From NCBI GenBank assembly GCA_965112155.1, contig OZ218104.1: a DNA stretch of 64,000 nt; one strand, 5' to 3'. The notes beneath the pieces are model-generated. The model ran no database searches. It was not told the DNA's origin and was given only the letters and a program-made list of their open reading frames with translations. Positions within the stretch are counted from its first letter, which is position 1, and each line of letters starts with the position of its first letter. A program made the position numbers and the translations under genes. This document shows, piece by piece, positions 13,866-26,199 of this stretch. The stretch is from Podarcis liolepis (taxonomy: Eukaryota).

Positions 13866-14561
13866 ATAACAATGACATGTCTCTCCAATATTTGCCAAGC
13901 ACCTCATTCTGTTTCCAGCCATAACTTGATCCATCATCTAATACCGTAAAATGTCTCTGTAACAATTCAGGGCACACTGCAAGGGGTTTGTCATTTCCAT
14001 ATGTGCAGTTCAAGATTTAAGGAAACTCTCTAAGCTTCAGCATAACACTGTCCTTATAGGAATGTCCATGCTGCGAATTTCAGAAGGGGAAAGGGATAAA
14101 TCACTACACTAATGAACAAGTGCTAAGTGCCAACTGAAATAATGCAAAAGTGAGGCAGGAGTGTCTGTGATCACTTATTTGGGGAAACCTGAAGGTTTTC
14201 AAAAATACAAAAAAAAAACCATTTTAAAAAGTTTTTTAAAAGTGGACAAAAGCTCCATAATATAGCCTTACAAAAACTGAACATGCTTAGTACCTACAGA
14301 ATGTAGAGCATCAGTTGGAAAAGAAAACAAATTGCAGAAGAAAAGGTTCTTGCTTCAGCCCCTTTACAACTTATGGTATCTAGAGGAAGGGATGGCTGGC
14401 AGGAAACCTGAACAGAAGCTCTCCTGGTAAAAGCTCAGGATGCACTGCAAGATTTTATTGTAGGTTCTGTTTGCTTATTTATAAGTGTGTTCCTGAAGCT
14501 TGCTTTGCTTTGCTAACACCTCTCATTTGTCTGTCAGAAGTATCCATTTGCACAGAGTGAA

Positions 14562-14735
14562 GGCTGTAGCTCAGTGGTAGAGCAACCAGAAGGTCCCAGG
14601 TTCAATCCTTGACATTTCCAAGCAGGGCTGGGAGAGACCCTGTTCTGAAACCCTGGAAAACTACATCTAGTCAGTGTAGACAGTAGTGAGCTAGATGGAC
14701 CAATGGTCTGACTCAGTACAAGGTCACTTTCAATA
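14562..14735 (+). mobile_element. tRNA-derived SINE (Squam3-type)
   Basis: A box ggctgtagctcagtggtagagc and B box ggttcaatcc, followed by the family body (gtagacagtagtgagctagatggaccaatggtctgactcag). Confidence 0.8.
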
Positions 14736-14864
14736 TATATTTCTACTATTTTGCATCCTAGCATTTCACCCTTCACCCATTTGTGAGTGTGCTTGCTCCT
14801 ACATATACATGAACACAAGAAGATGCCTTATACCAAGATATAAAGGATCTTCACTGGCTCCCAG

Positions 14865-15272
14865 TACATTTCAAAGTACAATTCAAAGTGTTGGTGCTAA
14901 CCCTCAAAGCCCTAAATGGCCTTGGCCCAGTATACCTGAAGCAGCGACTCCACCTCTATCATTCTGCCCTGACACTGAGGTCCTCCTCTGAGGGTCTTCT
15001 GGTGGTTCCCTCACTATGAGAAGCAAAGTTACAGGGAACCAGAAGGCCCTGCTTGTCAGTGGCACCCGTCCTGTGGAATGCTCTCCCTTCAGATGTCAAG
15101 GAGATAAAGAAGGACACAATTTTTAGAAGACATCTGAAGGCAGCCCTGTATTGGGAGGATTTTAATGTTTTATGTTTTATTATGTTTTTATATATGCTGT
15201 AAGCCGCTCAGAGTGGCTGGGGAAACCCAGCCAGATGGGTGGAGTATTATTATTATTACTATTATTATTATT
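14865..15272 (+). mobile_element. L2-type LINE 3' end with (TAT)n tail
   Basis: Near-identical family to the minus-strand copy at 60562-61022 (agacatctgaaggcagccctg, cagagtggctgggga.acccagccagatgg), with a microsatellite tail. A short fragment lies at 21532-21691. Confidence 0.75.
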
Positions 15273-15435
15273 ATGCTGCATTTCTGTATGCACTTATGAT
15301 GGCGAAGGTCTCCATGAAGTCAAATGGTGCACTTCAGCAACACCACAGCAATATATAGCACAGAAGAAACACACAACAACCTCTAAAAAAATATTAAAAG
15401 GAGGGACAGTTTTCTGACAGCTTATTTTGACCCTA

Positions 15436-15800
15436 AGGTAAAGGTAAAGGGACCCCTGACCATTAGGTCCAGTCGTGACCGACTCTGGGGTTGCGGCGCT
15501 CATCTCACTTTATTGGCCTAGGGAGCCGGCGTTTGTCCGCAGACAGCTTCCGGGTCATGTGGCCAGCATGACTAAACCGCTTCTGGCGAACCAGAGCAGC
15601 GCACGGAAACGCCGTTTACCTTCCCGCCGGAGCGGTACCTATTTATCTACTTGCACTTTGATGTGCTTTCAAACTGCTAGGTTGGCAGGAGCAGGGACCG
15701 AGCAACGGGAGCTCACCCCGTCACGGGGATTCAAACCGCCGACCTTCTGATCGGCAAGTCCTAGGCTCTGTGGTTTAACCCACAGTGCCACCCGCATCCC
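15436..15800 (-). mobile_element. Full-length Sauria SINE
   Basis: tRNA-like head, BovB-related 3' end and (ACCTTT)n tail. 10-bp TSD TTTGACCCTA at 15426-15435 and 15801-15810. Highly similar to 56707-57064. Confidence 0.93.
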
Positions 15801-17253
15801 TTTGACCCTAGGTGGCGCTTAATTCAACCTGAGATCCTCACTTGTTCTAGCTTCAGAAGTTGACTCAGAAATAAGTTCCAGTGTGTTCAGTAAGCTATAC
15901 TCCCAGGGAAGCAAACATAGGGTGGGAGTGAGGGGTGGGGAGTAACATTCAAAATGTGGTTGCATTAATGTATCTTTAGTCTTTAGGGCACAAGCAGCCA
16001 AAGTTTTGCCCTCCATATGTTGTTGGACTACAGCTCCCATCTTCAAGGACAACTGGACACATTGGCTGGGGCTGATAGAAATTGGAACTCATCTGAAGGG
16101 TTGAGCCTCGGTTACTACACAACAGTGGGTGGCACAATGGGCCCAGCTATTAACCAGAAAGTTAGTGGTTCAAGGCCACCCAGGGACAGCTGTGCGCAGA
16201 GGGTTGGACTAGATGACCCTCAGGGTTCCTTCCAACTCTACAATTCTATTATGATTTATTGAATGCACTAATCAAATGCTGAACCTTGCTGTGCTAACTT
16301 TAATCAGCAAGACATACAAAGAATCCTTCAGGTTTTAAGGCTTGTGTTGAACATTCCAGATTGAAATTTCTACCTCCTCCCCCACCCACAAGAAAATCAT
16401 TTCAGATCAAATCTGAATCTTTTCAAGGAAATGGGCTATTTTCCCCTGTACCTGTAAGTTGGATCAGCAGTGAGGACATGGCTCTGAGCATGTACAGAGG
16501 TCCATTTTCACCATTCAGTCAAAACCTAACTATATGATACTTAGCAGCTTCACCATGTTGTTCTCTTGCTGGACTTACATTTGATTTTTGCCACTAACGT
16601 ATTTTAAAATAAGTGGTGAACTTATTGCACATTGACTTTTCCTTGTCATGTTGGGTGTGACACTCTACCACACTCTACTACATGGCAAGATAATTACTTC
16701 CCAGAAGTTCTTTGAGAAACAGATGGATTCACAAGACCATTTTGAATTGGCCAAGGCTCCTGAAATTAATTCTGAATTTCTCTTTCTACTTTTATCACAT
16801 TGACTTAGCTGCCTGAACATCCAGACATTGACACATCCAGACACATTTTGATGATATCCTGGTTTCCACCACCACATGGATCAACCCACACCTCAATCAT
16901 TTTCAGAAGGATAACCAGTCACTGTTTCACCACAAAGACAAGGAAGGTCCTGAATAACTTCGCCAACTCAAAATGGTTGTGTGAATCCACCGACTTGTCA
17001 AAGATTTCTCAGAATCTGAGTTAAGCTCACTCATCTTTTGGATAATGCTGAAGAGGACATCGGTGCTCCTTCCCCAAAATGAGGGGAGAAATTTAGCATT
17101 CAGTAACTACATGAAAAACAGCTGTGAATTATGTGGTCCTGGACCTAGAAAACCATGGCAGAGCTTTTGACACCACATAAACTTCCATTCGCTAAAATCA
17201 AGCAGTACTTCTGGATATGGAAATAAACGAAGGAATCTCAAGAAGCTGGCTAC

Positions 17254-17880
17254 CTTCAGTTCCTGCTGAATACTGACAGGTCTCGCCCAGCATGGGATAG
17301 GAAGCATAGTTTAAAGAGATGGACTGCAGGTTGAAGGTCGAATTCTTAAAGATCTTGGTGGGTTGAGCCAGCTCCTCCAAGGCCTTGTCATGAATAGACT
17401 GTGTTCTCACAAGGCTGCCCAGGGGCCTCTCCTCACCGCATTGTCCCACAGCCCCAGGGGGCCTTCCCCTGAGCACCAAACAGTCGGGGCTCTCTGTCCT
17501 TTGAGCAGGATGGCTCATGGGTCCCACAATCACATTGGCCCCCGCTGTGTGAGCTAAAGACCAGATCCTGGGCTTCTCAGGGGCTTCGTAGGGTTGACCA
17601 TGATTTCCAAGGCCACCCACCAAGGTGGCTCCTCCCTTGTGGCCAAGGAAGTCCCCCGTAAGTGCCGAGTCAGCTTTGGCACAGGGGAAGGCCTGAAAGT
17701 GGCTGGGCAGGCTAAGGTTGCAGTTGTTTTTTTCTGCCTCAGCCAAGGCGCTGCCCACACCAGGGCCTTCTTGGTGTGGATGCTTCGGCTCAGCCTCCAG
17801 CTTGATTTCAGCCTCCTCCTCGTCCAAGTCTTCCAGATCGCTCAGCTGCAATTCCTTTTCTTCTTTGCATCTTTTGGGAT
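17254..17880 (-). CDS. IRX6: IRX6 coding exon 5 (acidic region and IRO box)
   Basis: Acceptor ttccaaaatacag|AT, donor G|GTAGCC, 627 nt (phase 1/1). Contains the LSDLEDLDEEE acidic tract and the IRO box EKPRIWSLAHTA (17578-17543), and ends CQYSAGTE. Confidence 0.92.
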
Positions 17881-18560
17881 CTGTATTTTGGAACAAAAAG
17901 CAGGGGCAGAAAGGATATGTGTAAACAACAGCAACAACCCACAAGAAGGTTGAGTAACTGCAAGGCCAGGCCACACTAGCCTCAATGAGGTAGTCACCTC
18001 AGGTGGCCAGCTGGGGACAACTGGTAGGGGTGGTGGATCTGGGACCCCAAGGAGAAGACCATTCACTGCCTCTTGAGTTTTTCACCCATGGCTGCCACTT
18101 GAGAAGAATGGTGTTTCCTGCTTGGCAGGGGGTTGGACTCGATGGCCCTTGTGGTCTCTTCCAACTCTATGATTCTATGAGCACTGCCTTCTCCTCTCTG
18201 GCCTTTTTTCTCCACCACCAGCTTCAGTATGCCAGGGCTTTTCTATGCCACCTCCAGTCACCTCAGGTGGAAAAGGAGGAGGAGGTGGTAGCAGTGGGGG
18301 AAAGGAAGGGAGGAGGAGAAGAAGTGGAAGGGGCACAACTGATTGGTTTTGCCTCAAGCGGCAAAATGTATTGGGCCAGCCAGCCCTGAACTACCGTGCC
18401 AAAATGCAAGGAGATCAGAACTTTGCACTTCTCATTTACAGACAGTGATAGTTTAGTACTTTCACATTCAGACAACCTCTAGCTAAATACCAAGGATAAG
18501 AAACAAATAAAGCATACCTTTCATATCCGATATTGAGTTAGACATTAGAATTATGGACAA

Positions 18561-18593
<33 letters not shown>

Positions 18594-19208
18594 ACACTAC
18601 ATATAATCAAATTTATGGCACTCCCTGCTACAGAGATGTGGTGTTGGCCATTAACTTAGATGGCTTTTAAGATGGTTTATGAAAAATAATAATACAGTTC
18701 TACCAACGGCCATTCACTGTGATGGCTGGATTCTGTATTCAAAGCAGAGACAGTATACCACTGAGCACAGGTGGGGTGCTGTGGGCTTATGGGAGGCATC
18801 TGGTAGACCACTTGATAGACATTTGGTGTGATCCAGCAGGACATCAAAAACTGAACATAAGAGGAGCCTTGAGAGATAAGATCAAAGATCTACAGTATCT
18901 CAGAGTTGGAGAATATCTGTGTCCCTCGAGATGTTGCTGGACTACAACTCCCATCAGTCTTGATCCTGCCATCTGGGGTTGATGGATTCTGCGGTCCAGC
19001 AACATCTGAAGGCCCAAAAGTTCTCCACCTTGGTCTATCAAGACCAGCACCCTGCACTTCACAGTGGTCAACCAGATGGCTCCAGGAAATACAATATAAT
19101 AATTACTTTATTTTATGTTTTCTTCCAAAGAACCCATTATATCTTCACAACCACTCTGTAAAGTAGATTAGATCAAGAGGCATCCAGCAAGTCCATTTCC
19201 AAGCCTAC

Positions 19209-19516
19209 CTTTGCTTTCATTTTCACTGCCACAGTCTTCACCATTCCTTCTCCCATCCTCTCGCCTCTCTTCTCCTGCTTTGTTTTTTGGAGACCAGGTC
19301 ATCTTATTCTCTTTCTTGAGCCTTCTCCGAGCATTGGCGAACCAGGTAGAGACCTGAGTGAGGGTCATCTTGGTGATGATGGCCAGCATGATTTTCTCTC
19401 CTTTGGTAGGGTAGGGGTTTTTCCGGTGCTCATACAGCCACGTCTTCAAAGTGCTAGTGGTCTCTCGGGTGGCATTCTTGCGTCTGGCTGAGCTGCTAAA
19501 ATCCACTGTTCCATAT
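19209..19516 (-). CDS. IRX6: IRX6 coding exon 4, TALE-class Iroquois homeodomain
   Basis: Acceptor ctccctgccag|A completes Arg, donor G|GTAGGC, 308 nt. Encodes [61 protein letters not shown] (about 19485-19303), with the PYP TALE loop and WFANARR helix 3. Confidence 0.97.
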
Positions 19517-20272
19517 CTGGCAGGGAGATAGAGATGCTGAGCATGATTTTCTGGGCCAGTATGGAGGTGTATATGCTACTTTTCAGGCAGAATGGAACCA
19601 CAAATTGGAACAGTGTCAAAATGAACACAACTTCTGTGTAACTGGGAAATAATTTCCATATCAATAGAGGCATAACTACAGCCCATTCATAGCTAACTAC
19701 AGCCCATTCATAGGCTTAAGAACATAAGACATGCCTGCTGGATGAGACCAGTGGCCCAACTACTCCAGCATCCTGTTCTCACAATGCCAACCAGATTCCT
19801 ATGGGATACCCACAAACAAGACCTGAGCACAAGATCATCTTCCCCCCTGCAGTTTCCAGCAACTAACAGCATAATGTCTCCAATTGTGGAGGTCATTTGT
19901 TGGTGATTGTAGGCAAATTTACTCACAAGTTTGATCCACTGATTACAATGGAGCGTACTCCCCAATAAGAGTGTTTAGGCAGAATTCTATACACACTTAC
20001 AGGGGAGCATGTTCTATTAAACTCAATAGGACTTCTGAGCATACCTGCAAAGGATTACATTTCTACACCTTTTGCTATCATCAGGTCTAAAAGATGGCAA
20101 GAATGAGAAATGTTACTCAAATATATTTTAATTGAATATTTTAGTCATTTGAATCTTGCAGATGGTGAGTTCTTTCTTCTATTTATTTAAAAAAAGAGAA
20201 GCACAGGATGGCGTGAGATAGAAACTCCTTCCTCTTCAGATTCCTATTGGCAATGCCATCTTATGCATGTTT

Positions 20273-20445
20273 AAAGGTAAAGGGACCCCTGACCATTAGG
20301 TCCAGTCGTGGCTGACACTGGGGTTGCAGCGCTCGTCTCGCTTTATTGGCCGAGGGAGCTGGCATACAGCTTCCAGGTCATTCTGGCTAACCAGAGCAGC
20401 ACATGGAAACGCCATTTACCTTCCCGCTGGAGTGGTACCTATTTA
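20273..20445 (-). mobile_element. Sauria SINE 3' half with an internal deletion
   Basis: Aligns to 15440-15645 but lacks the tgtggccagcatgactaaaccgc segment. Confidence 0.85.
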
Positions 20446-20533
20446 CTCAGAGGTAAATCCCTCTAAGTTCAATGGGGCTTACTCTCTTGTAAGTGAATAC
20501 AGGACTTCAGCCTAACAACACTCACACACACAC

Positions 20534-21342
20534 GGGCAAGAGACTTTGGTTACAATATACAGTATGATGATTGGATGAAATTATGGAATGAAAGGCTAAA
20601 ATTTACGGCATGTACTGCGTTGAAAGAAAATGTAATGAAAATGTTTTACAGATGGTATATAACGCCAGTTAAACTGGCCAAAATGTATAAAACATGCAAT
20701 AAGTGTTGGAAATGTAAAGAAAAAGAAGGTACTTTCTATCATATGTGGTGGGAGTGTAAAAAGGTGAAAGACTTCTGGGAAATGATATACAATGAATTGA
20801 AAAAGATGTTGAAATATACGTTCGTTAAAAAACCAGAAGCCTTTCTATTAGGAATGGTAGGAAACGAAATCAATAAGAGAGACTGTAAACTCTTTCAATA
20901 TGCAGTGACTGCCGCAAGGATACTTCTGGCCCAAAGATGGAAACTGGAAGAAATTCCAACAGTGGAAGAATGGAGAAGGAAATTGACTGAATATGTAGAA
21001 TTGGACAAATTGACTGGGAAGATTTGATACCAGAAAGACCAAAAGTTTATCGAGGACTGGGGAAAATATACAGAATATCTGAAAAATATATGTGATGCAC
21101 AGACAACGCTTGTTGGTTTTGAAGAGACTCTGTGAAATAGTAAGAAATACTGCAAAAAAGAGAGTAAGAGGAAAAGGAGTGGGGAAAGGCAATATCATGT
21201 TTAGAAATGCGTCAATAAATAGAAATTTTTCGAAAGATTGACAGAGAAACTGAGGGAAGTCAAAATTGAAGCATGAGTGTAAAATAATTTGTTGACTGTA
21301 TAAAATTTGTTTGGATAATGAATAAAAATTATTTTAAAAAAA
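20534..21342 (+). mobile_element. 5'-truncated L1/Tx1-clade LINE (ORF2 C-terminus and 3'UTR), antisense in IRX6 intron 3
   Basis: ORF 20575..21027 has the zinc knuckle CWKC-x7-H-x4-C (CWKCKEKEGTFYHMWWEC). The premature TGA at 21025 aligns with Arg in the second copy. AATAAA and an A-rich tail at about 21321-21342. Confidence 0.88.
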
Positions 21343-21659
21343 CACAACACACACACATCACCCAACAGCTATATAACAAACAGAAAAGCAGGCCATACTT
21401 TTCCTCATTGTGGCTTCTCAGTGCTGTGGGAAGTTTAAGACAGAAGAGGTCTACCAGCAGAAAGTGGGGAAAGGGAGAGCTATGGGGAATTGTGCATTCC
21501 CCATATGTTGTTGGACTCCAGCTCCCATCATTAAAAGACAACTGAAGGCAGCCCTGTTTAGGGAAGTTTATAATGTTTGGTGCTGTATTGTTTTTAATAT
21601 TCGGTTGGAAGCTGCCCAGAGTGGCTGGGGAAACCCAGCCAGATGATCAGGGTATAAAT

Positions 21660-21692
<33 letters not shown>

Positions 21693-23185
21693 CTGGCCTC
21701 ACTGGCAGGGGCTGATGGAAGTTGGGATCCAACAACATCTGGAGGATTGCAGGATCCTCATCTGGGTTGCAGTTTTATAAAATTATGCATGACATGGAGA
21801 AAGTGAGTAGAGAAAAGTTTTCCTCCCTTTCTCATAACACTAGAACAATGCTGGAAGATTCATCACAGATTAAAAAAAAATACTTCACATAGTGAATAAA
21901 TTCTTCACATAGCACCTAGTTAAACTATGGAATCCCCCCAGGAGGCAGTGATGGGCACCAACTTGGATGGCTATGAAAGAGAATTTTTGATGACTGTGAA
22001 AGATGAATTTATGGAGGATACCAATGGTTACAAGCCAGAATTGCTGTGTTTTGCCTCCACAGTCAGAGGCACTAATGCTTCTGAATACCCACTGCTGGAA
22101 ACCACAGGAGGGAGAGTGGTCTCTTGCTCAGGTCCTGCTTGACTATTTCCCACAGGCAACTGGTTGGCCACTGTGAGAACAGGATGCCATTAGCCTGAAC
22201 CAAATACAAAGAGTTAGACAAACCCCAATGCTATATTGTTTAATAATTATAATAATGATTATTACGAAAAAAATACAGACCTTGGTCTGGCCTGCCCTCT
22301 TTTTTATGTATATATTGCTAGGCCACATGAAAGGTTATACTGATAGCAGAGTAACTAGCTTACAAAGGTCAGTGACAAAGAAGGACAAGCTTTGCATGGA
22401 GACAGTCCCAGATCAGGCATCCTCAAGAAGGGCTTCTGTCTCCTGGAGAGCTGTTGCCTTTCACTCTAGACAGGTCACATTCACACGCACATTTAAATTA
22501 TTAGGATGCCACTTCGAAAAGTCATGGCTTCCCCCAAAGAATTCTGGGAACTGTAGTTGTGCTGTGGGTTGTTAGGAGACCTCTATTCCCCTCACAGAGC
22601 TATGATTCCCAGAGTTTCTCCCTCAGTTGATTTGCCCTAGTTTTTATTGTTTTATACTGTATGTTAATGTTAGCCTTTTATTTTATTGCTGTGGGAACCC
22701 CTCACAAAAGTTCTGTTATGGGACAGCTATATAAATGCAGACAGTAAATGAATATCCATAGGATCACCACCATCTGCAATGTATGCAGAAGGTCCCAGAG
22801 TCAACTCTGGCCGTGTGAGAAGGTTCCTTGTTTGAAATCCTGGAGCTGCTATGTGTCATTGTGAGGAACACTGAGCTAGATGGGCCAATGGATCCCACTC
22901 AGTATCAGGTACTGAGGAGTCGCTTGAAAGGCAATGGAAGGGGCTCCTTTGCCCTTTGCAAAGCACGCCTAGCTTTCCAGGCGCCACTGCAAAAGCAAAC
23001 CTTCGAATGGAGTCGTGCTATTCCTGATGGCTGCTCCCCAGATCGCCCGGGATTAACACAGAGAGAGACGAGTCAATTGGTAGGGCGGGGGAGGGAGAAT
23101 GTCGGAGGTTTGCCGCTGCTGTAGCTCCCAACAGTCGCGGGCAGATCTAAAGAGCTCCCGCTCGGCTGATCAAAGCGCTTGTTAC

Positions 23186-23301
23186 CTGTCGTATTGGTAC
23201 TGCCCAAAGGAATGCTCGTAGGTGTAGTAGGCGGCGGCCGTGGGCTGTGCAATCCCCGCGTGCAAAGCGGAGGAGCCGTCCTTGATGTCGTACTGGGAGT
23301 T
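23186..23301 (-). CDS. IRX6: IRX6 coding exon 3 (NSQYDIKDGSSALHAGIAQPTAAAYYTYEHSFGQYQYD-R)
   Basis: Translated by hand because it is absent from the ORF track. Acceptor gttttctag|AAC, donor AG|GTAACA, 116 nt (phase 0 to 2). Contains the Irx pre-homeodomain YY.YE..GQYQY.RYG motif. Confidence 0.93.
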
Positions 23302-23530
23302 CTAGAAAACGCATTAAAAGTGTTTTAAGGCTGGAGATCCCGCATGCTTTTTCCTTCCTTTCCAGTCCACCCTACTCCGGGCCGAGATGCCCCAACTAAC
23401 CAATAGCAATGACTGTGTGAAATCGCACCCGCTACTCTGGATTCCTTAATCCGGATTAAGTACCTTTTGGATTAATGAGAGTGTTTAGGCTGTTCAGGCT
23501 TTCATGGGAGTAAGCCCCAGCTGAGTACAG

Positions 23531-23594
23531 GATTATTTGGGGACGATTATTTGGGGGGGACGATTATTTGGGGGACGATTATTTGGGGACGATT
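23531..23594 (+). repeat. Minisatellite (GATTATTT-Gn-AC) x4 in IRX6 intron 2
   Basis: Four units with G-runs of 4, 7, 5 and 4, read directly. Confidence 0.95.
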
Positions 23595-24974
23595 GCTATT
23601 TCTTCCCGTTTGCGTTGAGGCCAGGGTTTACTATACGCACACACAATTCCCATGTTGGGTTTTCACCACCATGGTGCGATCCTGAAACTGCAGTCCTAAA
23701 ACACATTTACTGAGCAGCAATTACCGTCGAACAAATGGGACCTGTTCTCAAATAAACAGGTAGGGAGCTGCATTGTTAAAATCCTACCAACTTTAACTCA
23801 GAGCTCGTCCCACCTTGCTGCTTTTTAACTAAAAATTCCTAAATTTTGCTTCGCTTGGAAGTCAAGGATGGGTGGATCGGCTAGAAAAGGGGGATAGGTT
23901 TTCTTTTATGAACTTATCATAAATATTAAGTTTCTGAAGCATGCTAGTTTTAGAAAACGACCTTAGGGTGTAATTATAATGACATTTGCCAATGTGTACG
24001 CTCCATTGGACTCACAAGGAATTACTTCTGAGATGACAATAGAATTGTCTCCCTCTTTTTTAGTCTCCCTCTTTTTGGTCTCCTCTCCTAGTCAGTGTAA
24101 TAACTGCGAGCTACCTCGGGGCAGAGACCCTTTTGTGTATGATGAGCGAGGTACAGGGATGGAGCTCTTTATTTTATTTTATTTTTACATTATCTTGACA
24201 TCGTTTTGGGAGCAACGCATGACAATTAAGAAACAAGACAAAACAATAGGTCCCGGCCTTCAATGAGCTTACAGTCGCAAATCGTCGATGGAAAGTGGAG
24301 GAGAGGTTTCTGCTTCGAGTATAAGAATTGCTCTTGTGGAATTTGGGGACCCGAATCTGTGCACAACCGCAAGTCCTCCTTTCCACGCCGCTTTGGCTTT
24401 GTGCAGATCCCAGTTAAATTCCCCGCGCGCTCTTCCAGGTGAGTGTGGACAGGGACCGCTGCCCGGCGGCTCGAGTCTATGCATGTTTGCTCAGAATAAA
24501 ATTATGCATATCCCCGAGCCCTGCGGGAAGGATCCCAAACCTATGACACGAGGAGGAGTAGACCCAGTTGTGTTCAGTGGGGCGGGCCTACTCCAACCTT
24601 GAAGTGCCTAAGGTTACTCTCAGTACCCAACAGGTCTACACGGACCTCCCCAAATCCCAATATGTCTACTCGGAAGTAAGTAGCACGGATCTCAGTGGGG
24701 TTTTATAATTCCTTAGTAAAAATTGTACGCTAGGAAAGACACTCAGAAGGGAACCAAACATCAAGAAACAGCGCAGGATTTTACTTCCGAGTAAACATCA
24801 TCGCCTTGTAATGTAAATGCATTCTGTTTCCCCTCCCCCCAGCTGCAAAATTGCTAATACGATTAGGTGCATTACCAGGTCAACAGGGACTAGCGCCCCC
24901 TTTTCCTCTTAGTAACCAAATTGTAGCGCCAAAGTCATAGGGGAGCGGAAGGCCTGTGCCTTCGCTTCACTCAC

Positions 24975-25232
24975 CAGCGTGGTGTACAGTGTGGACGGAT
25001 CCGCTCCGTACGGGAGGTAATTGGCGTAACTTTGGCCGGCCGCAGCTGCGTAGGGCGAGCCGTACATCCCCAGCGCCGCATTGAGGTCCGTCCTGGAGCC
25101 GGCCAACAGCCTGTTCTCGTAAGAGGGGCAGCAGAGGGTGGCCGTTTGGGAAGAAGATCCCGAGGACACATCGGAGACGGATCGGGTCCCTGAGTCACAG
25201 CAAGTGGTGCTAGAGGTGGCTGAGACGAAAAA
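24975..25232 (-). CDS. IRX6: IRX6 coding exon 2 (FFVSATSSTTCCDSG...PSTLYTTL)
   Basis: Acceptor ctctctctgaactccag|TTT, donor CTG|GTGAGT, 258 nt, phase 0/0, inside ORF 24909..25283. STTCC..RSVSDV..LCC..Y..RLL..LGMYGSPYAAAA..QSY..YLPY is characteristic of IRX6 rather than IRX4. Confidence 0.94.
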
Positions 25233-26199
25233 CTGGAGTTCAGAGAGAGAGGGAGGGAGAGAGAAATAATTAGAAAAACGCAAGAAATAAAGTCGAGAAA
25301 CAATTTCACGTTAATTGCAAAGCACATTTGGAGTGGGTGGTTGGGTGCTGGGGGAGAAGCCCTTGTTAGCCCTGAAGAAACGGACGGTGCTTCCTTCCGA
25401 GTAGGATCCAGCCGGTCAATGGGGCTGTGGAGATCCAGGGGTCCGGAGGAGGCTCTCCAAAGCGGGACGCCAGAAGTGTGGAGTCTCCTAAACCAACCCC
25501 AATTTACAGCAAAGCGAATGTAATGTTTTGCTTGGAATTCCTGATCCACCGAGTGGCTTGGAAATATTAATGGAAAGGGAGAGAGAGGGAAGGTACCATC
25601 GTGGCAAGCCGGATGAGACTCTTAAAAGATACCACCTTCCCTTAAATTATATGGGGGGGATGCAGGTAGCGGGGAGGGGAGGCTGTGCAGGTGTAATACT
25701 GTGGGAGGCTTTCAGCTTCATCCGCAGAGGCACGAAGTCGGCGGGGATGAGGCACCTGGGACCGAAGTCAGGCAGGAAGGCTTGGAAAGCAAGGGGAAGC
25801 AGAAAGGCTGCTCCCATGAGAGAGCAGCGGATACCAGTCAATTAAAAGACCGATTTTTTTCTCTCTTTAAAGTATATATAAGATAAACCTGGGAGATACA
25901 CCCCCACCTGAAAGCTTGGAGAACGGCTGCCAGTCAGTGTAGACAATACTGAACTTGATGGACCGCTGTAAGGTAGGTTCCTGAATTCTAGATCAAGTCA
26001 TAGTATACTTTTGCAATTTGCATTACACCGTATGACACAATGGAGTAAATGACACTGAATTAATTGGTTGCATACGCTGTTATTCTTTCCCTCACATACA
26101 CACCTCGCCCTCCCAGGTCTCTACCCCCGCCTACCCCTCAGGTAAAAAGAAAACAAATAATTGGGGGGGGGGGGCTGACTCTCGTGGATTACACCTGAA

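Noticed and set aside
14562-14615. tRNA-like A/B boxes (also at 56707 and 58588)
   Set aside because: They are heads of SINEs that continue into family-specific bodies, with no complete cloverleaf.
19209-19516. Assignment to IRX4 or another Irx paralogue
   Set aside because: Exon 2-3 sequence, [12 protein letters not shown] after the homeodomain, LSDLEDL and KPRIWSLAHTA fit IRX6 better.
23531-23594. CRISPR-like repeats (also 42153-42481)
   Set aside because: Head-to-tail tandem units without unique spacers, in a vertebrate context, with no cas genes.
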